From positions 1 through 18,172 of the forward strand of contig CBDCYE010000002.1 of the NCBI GenBank assembly GCA_965224025.1: 18,172 nt of DNA. The letters run 5' to 3'. The stretch is from Candidatus Multivorans sp. Lineage in GTDB: Bacteria; Acidobacteriota; Thermoanaerobaculia; Multivoradales; Multivoraceae. Position 1 is the first letter of the stretch. The number at the start of each line of letters is the position of its first letter. The notes under the pieces were generated by a model. It was not told where the DNA came from. It searched no databases and was given only the letters and a program-made list of their open reading frames with translations. Shown here piece by piece: positions 1 through 9,895 of this stretch. The translations under genes and the position numbers were made by a program.

Positions 1-468
1 TCCTGCTCGACCACCTGGAGAGTGTGACCGGGCATGCGGTCCGACTGCCGGCCGGAAGCCGCGTGTTCGAGACCGGCGGCTTCAAGGGCCAGCGCCTCGA
101 GACGACGCCGGAGGCAGTCCGGCAGCGCGCCCGCACCCTGCTCGGCCTGAGCCGGGCAGCGATCGTCCGTGAGTACGGCATGACGGAACTGACCCAGCCA
201 GGCCTACTCCCGACCCGGCGGCGAACGCCTGCGCACGCCGCCGTGGATGCCGTTCCGCGTGCTCGACCCGGAGACCCTGGAGGAGGTCGAAGATGGGCGC
301 ACAGGGCTGCTGTCCTTCTTCGACCTCGCCAACCTCGGCTCCGTCTGCCACGTCCTGACCGAAGACCTCGGCGTCCGCGAGGACGGCGCTTTCCGCCTGC
401 TCGGCCGCGCCACCGGCGCCGAACTCCGCGGCTGCTCGTTGACCGCGGAAGAACTGGGGCCGGCGTGA
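1..468 (+). CDS. LuxE/PaaK-like acyl-protein synthetase, 3' part (runs off window start; +1 frameshift at ~195)
   Basis: Frame 3 reads ...VFETGGFKG...VREYGMTELT. Skipping one C of CCC at 193-195 continues in frame 1 as SQAY...PPWMPFRVLDPETL...GLLSFFDLANLGSV..VLTEDLG....FRLLGRATGAELRGCSL. These motifs are typical of LuxE-family C-terminal halves. Stop TGA 466-468. Confidence 0.8.
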
Positions 469-530
469 AGAGGCCAACCGATCGTGAACCGTAGAGAACC
501 CCGCCACAACGACGCCCTGTCTCTGGGTGC

Positions 531-567
531 GCGGGCCTTCTGGCCCGCATCCGGCGCATAGCGCCGG
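531..567. repeat. Two tandem GC-rich hairpins (REP-like) in the luxE-luxC spacer
   Basis: GCGGGCC-ttct-GGCCCGC (531-548) and CCGGCGC-ata-GCGCCGG (551-567), both perfect 7-bp stems. Confidence 0.5.
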
Positions 568-573
568 TCCGGC

Positions 574-1830
574 ATGAACGCGCCCGAAATCACAGCCCAG
601 CGCCTCACCGCCTCCGCGCCCCCCCTCCGCGCCATCCCCGACGACGACATCCTCGCCGCCTGGAACGACACCCTCGCCGCCTTCCTCGACCCCGGCAGCC
701 CGGAACGCCGCCAACTTGATCCCAACCTGCTGGCCGCCACCGGCCTTTCCCCCGCCGGCCTCGACCGCGGCCTCCGGACCATCGGCGCCGGCATGGCCGG
801 CGAGCCCGCCGCCGCTGCGCTTCGCCACGCACCGAAGCAGCAACAGGACGGCTTCAGCCTCGTCGTGCTGCCGGCAAACCCTCCGGGGCTGATGCTCCAG
901 CCCCTGCTGCCGGCCCTGGCCGCACGCGCGCCCGTCCTGTTCAAGTCATCGCGAGCCGAACCTTTCTTTGCCGCAGCGTTCCTGAGCGCGCTCGGCAACC
1001 GCCTACCAGCGCTGCGCGACGCTTACGCCGCCGCGGCCTGGACCGGCGGCGACACGTCGATAGAAGCCGGCTTGTACTCCGGCGCCCGGCTCGTCGCGGC
1101 CTACGGCAGCGAGTCGACGGTCGCCTCGCTGAGAGCCGCAGGTCACCGCCGACTGATCGCCTTCGGCCCCAAACTCAGCCTCGGCTGGGTCGGCGCCGAC
1201 GCCAACCTCGAACAAGCGGCACGCGGCATGGCGCTCGATATCGCGCTCTTCGACCAGCGCGGCTGCCTTTCCGTTGAAGCTGTGCTCGTCGAGCACGCAG
1301 CAGCCAGCCTCTTCGCTAACGCCCTCGCGGACGCCCTCGCGGAACTAGCAACCGAACTGCCGGCCGGCCGGGCAAGCGACGCCGAACGCGCCGGCGTCCG
1401 CCTGGCCCGCGAAGAAGCCGACCTCCGCGGCCTGACATGGTTCGGCGAAACGCTCGACACCGCCACCGTCATCGTGGACCCCGAGACCCGAATCAACCCC
1501 TCACCCGGCCTGCGCACCGTCCGCATCCACCCGGTCCGCGCAAACTCGCCGCTCGACGACTGGAACGGTCGCCTGCAGGGCATCGCCGTCGCCGGCCACA
1601 TGCCCGCCACCGTCCGCCGCGCCTTCGAGCAAGCCGGCGTCTCCCGCTTCGCCCCCGCCGGCGAACTCCAGGCCACAGACGCCTCCTGGCGCAACGGCAG
1701 TATCGACCTCGCGGCCGAGTTCGCAGACGACTCCTGGGTCCGCAGCAACGGTCCCATATCGAAGCTCAAGCGCGGCCTGGCTCGTATACACGAGCGTTAC
1801 GTCGGCGCCTTCCGACGTCTGGCGGACTAG
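574..1830 (+). CDS. LuxC-like acyl-CoA reductase (ALDH-like fold) with an atypical C-terminal extension
   Basis: 418-aa ORF with LPANPP, LFKSSRAEPF, AYGSESTV, FGPKLSLG and DIALFDQRGCLS (catalytic Cys motif like LuxC YDQxACxS), plus GVSRFAPAGELQ...W. Directly follows the luxE-like gene. Confidence 0.8.
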   Translation: MNAPEITAQRLTASAPPLRAIPDDDILAAWNDTLAAFLDPGSPERRQLDPNLLAATGLSPAGLDRGLRTIGAGMAGEPAAAALRHAPKQQQDGFSLVVLPANPPGLMLQPLLPALAARAPVLFKSSRAEPFFAAAFLSALGNRLPALRDAYAAAAWTGGDTSIEAGLYSGARLVAAYGSESTVASLRAAGHRRLIAFGPKLSLGWVGADANLEQAARGMALDIALFDQRGCLSVEAVLVEHAAASLFANALADALAELATELPAGRASDAERAGVRLAREEADLRGLTWFGETLDTATVIVDPETRINPSPGLRTVRIHPVRANSPLDDWNGRLQGIAVAGHMPATVRRAFEQAGVSRFAPAGELQATDASWRNGSIDLAAEFADDSWVRSNGPISKLKRGLARIHERYVGAFRRLAD

Positions 1831-1887
1831 CAGCGTGCGCGGCAGGAAGAATCGGCGTACCCCATGTTCTGCGGCGCACGCTCCTAG
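1827..1887. repeat. CTAG-bounded inverted repeat (bidirectional terminator or MITE-like remnant)
   Basis: CTAG-C-AGCGTGCGC (1827-1840) ... GCGCACGCT-C-CTAG (1874-1887), 13/14 paired, located between convergent stops. Confidence 0.5.
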
Positions 1888-1923
1888 GCTGTGTATCTGG
1901 AGAACCGTGCGCGCCCGATGTGA

Positions 1924-2864
1924 CTAAGGCACCGGCGGCAACCCCGACACCGTCTCCACCACCACCCCGTCCTCGACGCGGAAGGACCGCGGCAGCGTCC
2001 GGGCGCCTCGCGGATCTCAAAGGCGGGGCCGTAGGACCAGAAGAAGGTGTGGTACTCGTCCGGGGTGAACGAGCTCAGGACCCACATCCGGCCGCCGCCG
2101 AAGACGTGCTGGTTCAGGCTGTCGAGGGCCTTGCCGAGATCCTCGTCGAGGTCGGCGATGACCAGCCAGTGCTCGCCCTCCTCCAACTCCGGCACGATGG
2201 TGGAAAGGCATAGGAGACTGTCCCCTTCGCCGCTGCAGATCTCGTGGATCGTGCGGTCCGGCTTGAGCCGGGTCGCCAGGTTGTCGAGCGGCAGGTCGGG
2301 CGCCGCGCGAGCGAAGGCCAGCAGGCCCACGGTCAAGGTGCCGACGACGGCGAGCCTGATCCACGGCACGCCTTCCACTACACGCCGGCCCAGGAACGCC
2401 AGCGCCAGGGCCGGGACCATCAGCGCCAGGTCCTGCCAGAAGGCCTCCGCCGGCGTGCGTTCGACCAGGTTGCCGAAGCAGCCGCAGCCGGCCTCGTCCT
2501 CTACGGCGATGCCGCGCAGATCACGGTAGTAGGCGCGTCCGGTGAGAAACAGGAAGAAGGCAACGAGCAGAGCCGAAGGCCCCAGCACCCACATCCGGCG
2601 CAGGCCGAGGATCAGCGCGCCGCCGAGCCCGACCTCGAGCGCCAGCGCGATCACGGTCACCACCGCCGCAGGCAGCAGGAAGTCCAGACCCTCGATCTCG
2701 ATCTGGTTCACGAAGCCTTGGGGGTCGAGCGCCTTGACTGCCGCGCCGAACACCAGGACCGCGCCGAGGAAGGCGCCGCCGGCCCATCCCACCACGCTCA
2801 GCGCAAGCTCGGAGCGATCGCCCGGCGCCGCCGCGCGGGTCTGCCTGCGGGCCTTACCCAGCAT
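1924..2864 (-). CDS. MauE/DoxX-family membrane protein with soluble C-terminal domain (frameshift near 2001)
   Basis: Several hydrophobic helices, GAAVKALDP, LEVGLG, GCGCFG motif and AFWQDL. After EIREAP the track ORF becomes low-complexity, while another frame reads RTLPRSFRVEDGVVVETVSGLPPVP* ending at TAG 1924-1926. Confidence 0.7.
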
Positions 2865-2897
2865 GGCTCGCTGTCATCCGTCTGCCGCTCATCCCGT

Positions 2898-2906
2898 TGT
2901 TATCCT
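2898..2906 (+). promoter_or_regulatory. Candidate extended -10 promoter for the ABC-F gene
   Basis: TGT-TATCCT (TGn-TAnnnT) about 63 nt upstream of ATG 2970, in the divergent intergenic region. Confidence 0.45.
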
Positions 2907-2969
2907 GACTCTCCGCCGCGCCGCGCGCCTCGGCCTTGCGCGCCACATTCCAACCGCGCAGCCTACTCG

Positions 2970-4718
2970 ATGATCTCGATCTCCAACCTCAGCAAGAGCT
3001 TCGGCGAACAGACCCTGTTCGCGGGCGCGAGCGTGCGTTTCGCCTCAGGGCAACGGTACGGCCTTGTGGGCTCGAACGGTTCGGGCAAGTCGACCCTCCT
3101 GCGCATGCTGACAGGCGACGAGCCGCCCAGCGAAGGCTCGATCTCGGTGCCGAAGCGCTGCCGGCTGGGGGTGCTGAAGCAGGATCACTTCCAGTACGAA
3201 CAGGATTCGATCCTCGATGTCGTGATGATGGGCAACGCCGAGCTGTGGCAGGCGATGGTCCAGAAGGACCGGCTGCTGGAGCGGGCCGACGAGCACTTCG
3301 ACGGCGACCGCTACGCCGCTCTGGAGGAGGTCGTCATGCGCTGGGACGGCTACTCCCTCGAGTCCCGGGCGGCCGAGATCCTGGAGGGGCTGGGGATAGA
3401 AACGGAGGTCCACCGCGAGCCGCTGTCGATCCTCTCCGGCGGCTTCAAGCTCCGCGTGCTGCTGGCGCAGACCCTGGCCGCGTACCCCGACGCGCTGCTG
3501 CTCGACGAGCCGACGAACCACCTGGATATCCTCTCCATCCGCTGGCTCGAGAAGTTCCTGTCCGAGTTCAAGGGCGTCGTAGTCGTCGTCTCCCACGACC
3601 ACCGGTTCCTCGACAACGTCTGCACCCAGATTCTCGACATCGACTACGAAGCCCTCACCGCCTACCCGGGCTCGTACTCCAACTTCGAGCAGAAGAAGGT
3701 CGAGGAACGGGCCCGGCGAGAGGCCGAAATCGCGCAGCGGCAGCAGGAGATCGACCACCACCAGAAGTTCGTCGACCGCTTCCGCTACAAGGCCACCAAG
3801 GCGCGGCAGGCCCAGAGCCGTGTGAAACTGATCAACCGGATCTCGATCGAGCAACTGCCCCGGAGTTCGCGCCGCTATCCGCTGTTCCGCTTCCAGTCGC
3901 GCCGACCATCCGGCAAGCGGGTGCTGACCCTCGAAGGCATCTCCAAGAGCTACGGCGACAACGAGGTCCTCGACGACGTGTCGCTGGAGATCGGCCGCGG
4001 CGAGCGGGTGGCCGTGATCGGGCCGAACGGCATCGGCAAGTCGACCCTGCTCAAGATCGCGATCGGCGAGGTCGGCGCCGACTGCGGCCAGATCGACTGG
4101 GGGTACGAGACCCACCCCGGCTACTTCGCCCAGGACCACCGGCAGCAGTTGCTCGACTCCAAGGGCGCCGAGAAGAAGACGGTGGAGAGCTGGCTCTGGG
4201 ACTGCTGCCCCGGCGAGCCGATCGGCTTCGTGCGCGGCCAGCTCGGCGCCGTCCTGTTCTCCAAGGACGAAGCGGCGAAGCGAATCGGCAGCCTCTCAGG
4301 CGGCGAAGCGGCGCGCCTCCTGTTCTGCCGCCACGTCGTGCTCAAGCCCAACGTCCTGGTCCTCGACGAGCCCACCAACCACCTCGACCTGGAGGCGATC
4401 CAGGCGCTGATCCACGGGCTCCTGGACTACCCCGGCACCCTGCTCCTCGTTTCCCACGACCGCTGGTTCGTGAGCCAACTCGCCACCCGGATCATCGAGA
4501 TCTCGGCCGAAGGCGTCAACGACTTCGTCGGCAGCTACGACGAGTACCTCGACCGCCTGGGGGACGACCACCTCGACCGCGCCGCGGCCCTGGTGCGGGC
4601 CAAGCGGGACAAGCGAGAGATGCGAGAGACGGCGAAGAGACCAGGGCTCGCGACACGCCCTACCAGACCTGCCGCAACCCGTGGGATCGATAGCTCCTCA
4701 TCCGACCATCGCGGCTGA
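2970..4718 (+). CDS. ABC-F family ribosome-associated ATPase (YbiT/YheS/Uup-like)
   Basis: Two ABC domains and no TM segments: GSNGSGKST / LSGG / LLLDEPTNHLD / VSHD, and GPNGIGKST / LSGGE / LVLDEPTNHLD / VSHDR. Linker FVDRFRYKATKARQAQSR. Start taken as ATG 2970 (MISISNLSKSFG), not the track's 2244. Confidence 0.93.
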   Translation: MISISNLSKSFGEQTLFAGASVRFASGQRYGLVGSNGSGKSTLLRMLTGDEPPSEGSISVPKRCRLGVLKQDHFQYEQDSILDVVMMGNAELWQAMVQKDRLLERADEHFDGDRYAALEEVVMRWDGYSLESRAAEILEGLGIETEVHREPLSILSGGFKLRVLLAQTLAAYPDALLLDEPTNHLDILSIRWLEKFLSEFKGVVVVVSHDHRFLDNVCTQILDIDYEALTAYPGSYSNFEQKKVEERARREAEIAQRQQEIDHHQKFVDRFRYKATKARQAQSRVKLINRISIEQLPRSSRRYPLFRFQSRRPSGKRVLTLEGISKSYGDNEVLDDVSLEIGRGERVAVIGPNGIGKSTLLKIAIGEVGADCGQIDWGYETHPGYFAQDHRQQLLDSKGAEKKTVESWLWDCCPGEPIGFVRGQLGAVLFSKDEAAKRIGSLSGGEAARLLFCRHVVLKPNVLVLDEPTNHLDLEAIQALIHGLLDYPGTLLLVSHDRWFVSQLATRIIEISAEGVNDFVGSYDEYLDRLGDDHLDRAAALVRAKRDKREMRETAKRPGLATRPTRPAATRGIDSSSSDHRG

Positions 4719-5061
4719 CCAGAATCAAATTGCCGCGAATGCACTGGTGAACGAGCATCCGGTCGAACGGATCACGATGCGCATCCACCCGCGGCAGGAT
4801 GTGGTAGCTCGCCGCGTCGCCGCTTTCCAGCGGGAGGATCTCGAAGCCGAGCCGGCGGCAGTGGTCGGGAATCTCGTCCGGAACCAGCGGCTCGAGCTTC
4901 AGCTTCCCCAACCCGTACTTCAGCGACGCCTCCCATAGGGACACGGTACTCACCAGTACTCGATTGCGCGAGTCTTCAACGATCTCGCGAGCGGGAACGG
5001 ACAGCCTGGTCGATCTGCCGATGGCCCACAGCAGGACGTGGGTGTCCAGCAGGTACGTCAC
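4660..5061 (-). CDS. vapC: PIN-domain toxin, VapC family
   Basis: YLLDTHVLLW, VSTVSLWE..LK..LGKL and HRDPFDRMLVHQ...LVSRD. GTG start overlaps the antitoxin stop (GTGA 5058-5061). Confidence 0.92.
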   Translation of the reverse strand: MTYLLDTHVLLWAIGRSTRLSVPAREIVEDSRNRVLVSTVSLWEASLKYGLGKLKLEPLVPDEIPDHCRRLGFEILPLESGDAASYHILPRVDAHRDPFDRMLVHQCIRGNLILVSRDGRMRSYRSHGLRQVW

Positions 5062-5297
5062 GCGCCGCCCAGGAACTCCTCTTCGGTCATCTCGAAGTCA
5101 TCGGTGAACTCGATCGTGACCTCCCCGTCGAGGAATCCGAGTTCGCGCTTGCCGGCAAGCGCCGGTTCATACGGAACGATCATGGCGACCGGCGTCTTCG
5201 ATCTCCCGTACAGGACGCCGATGCGCTCGCCACGACGCACGTCGGCGAGGATCTTCGAGAACCCGGCCTTGAACTCGGCCACCGGAAGCGCTCTCAT
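5058..5297 (-). CDS. Phd/YefM-family antitoxin
   Basis: 79 aa: MRALPVAEFKAGFSKILADVRRGERIGV..G..K.PVAMIVP...KRELG.L.G, with acidic tail FTDDFEMTEEEFLG. Translationally coupled to the PIN toxin. Confidence 0.88.
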   Translation of the reverse strand: MRALPVAEFKAGFSKILADVRRGERIGVLYGRSKTPVAMIVPYEPALAGKRELGFLDGEVTIEFTDDFEMTEEEFLGGA

Positions 5298-5303
5298 GAG
5301 CCG

Positions 5304-5338
5304 ACTCTGGCAGCCAACCTGTCAAGTTGTCAAGTTGG
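5304..5338 (-). promoter_or_regulatory. TA promoter with overlapping tandem palindromic operator
   Basis: Minus strand TTGACA (5333-5328), 18 nt, TGC-CAGAGT (5312-5304), 6 nt, ATG 5297. Operator units CAACCTG, CAAGTTG, CAAGTTG at 5315, 5323 and 5331 (8-bp period). Confidence 0.7.
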
Positions 5339-5389
5339 AGCACTTGCGTCTGCGAAGGCGGCGCGGGGGTCTGCCGGTGTCAGGTGAGG

Positions 5390-5470
5390 GCCGAGGGCAA
5401 GACCGTCGAGAGTTGGTTCTGGGACTGCTGCCCCGGCGAGCCGATCGGTTTCGTGCGCGGCCAGCTCGGC
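5390..5470 (+). repeat. Diverged 81-bp copy of ABC-F internal segment 4167-4247 (gene fragment)
   Basis: Hand alignment gives 73/81 identical and no gaps. Encodes AEGKTVESWFWDCCPGEPIGFVRGQLG versus AEKKTVESWLWDCCPGEPIGFVRGQLG. Confidence 0.92.
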
Positions 5471-5496
5471 CGCCGGGCGACAAGTCGACCAACCCT

Positions 5497-9371
<3,875 letters not shown>

Positions 9372-9391
<20 letters not shown>

Positions 9392-9449
9392 TCCACACTT
9401 GTCCCGGCTGATCCGTCAGCCGGTTGGCGACGCTAACAGTGTCAGCCGG
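9372..9449 (-). promoter_or_regulatory. metH promoter/leader with extended -10, 5' hairpin and repeated 8-mer
   Basis: Minus strand TGT-TAGCGT (9438-9430), hairpin CCGGCTGA-cgga-TCAGCCGG (9423-9404), SD GGAG (9394-9391). Further copies of the 8-mer at 9372-9379 and 9442-9449. Confidence 0.55.
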
Positions 9450-9894
9450 AACGGGCCGCGACGAAATCCCGGCCTCGCCGGAGGAGCCGCGAGGCGAGCA
9501 GAGCGCCGAAGGCGACACCGATCGCATCGGCGACGAGGTCCATCCACTCGCCAGACCGGTAGCCGAGCAGCATCTGGCAGATCTCGATCGCACCGCCGTA
9601 GGCCACCGCCGCCACCGCCGCGAGAAGCACGCCGCGGACCCGGCCGGCGCGCGCCGGCGGCCGGCACCAGACCCAGGCAAGCAGGGCGAACAGCACCGCG
9701 TGGACGATCTGGTCCGAGGGCAGCTCGGCCGCCATCCGGCGCGTATCGCCCCCGAGAAGGCCCGCGAGCCACCGCAGGGCGCGCTCGAAGGCGCCGTCGA
9801 ACGCGGGTGCCGGCAGGAGCAGAAACAACGCGACGCCGCCGGCGACGCCAACCGAGAGCCATCGCCACTTGAGCGCGAAGCGCCGCGGGGAGAA
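9442..9894 (-). CDS. VanZ-like membrane protein (start uncertain)
   Basis: DQIVHAVLFALL...YGGAIEICQ....RSGEWMDLVADAIG matches the VanZ pattern (DKxxH...YG..IE..Q...R....D..AD..G). No in-frame ATG/GTG/TTG between the sat stop and ATG 9735. Confidence 0.75.
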   Translation of the reverse strand, partial: FSPRRFALKWRWLSVGVAGGVALFLLLPAPAFDGAFERALRWLAGLLGGDTRRMAAELPSDQIVHAVLFALLAWVWCRPPARAGRVRGVLLAAVAAVAYGGAIEICQMLLGYRSGEWMDLVADAIGVAFGALLASRLLRRGRDFVAARSG

Positions 9895-9895
9895 C

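Noticed and set aside
2244-2969. N-terminal extensions of track ORFs (ABC-F from 2244; also sat from 11860, carboxyltransferase from 13113, amidase from 13251, ribBA from 18042)
   Set aside because: They overlap neighbouring genes or promoters and are low-complexity. Better starts with family-typical N-termini, an SD or a -10 element lie downstream.
4167-5470. Repeat pair as DGR template/variable regions
   Set aside because: The mismatches are not adenine-specific (mostly G/C and C/T at third positions), and there is no reverse transcriptase in the window.
5481-5490. CAAGTCGACC matching the ABC-F Walker A codons (3086-3095, 4037-4046)
   Set aside because: Only 10 bp and not collinear with the 81-bp fragment, so it cannot be distinguished from chance.
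9392-9441. Known SAM, SAH or cobalamin riboswitch upstream of metH
   Set aside because: The gap is only about 50 nt and I see none of the consensus elements. It is reported instead as an unclassified candidate.
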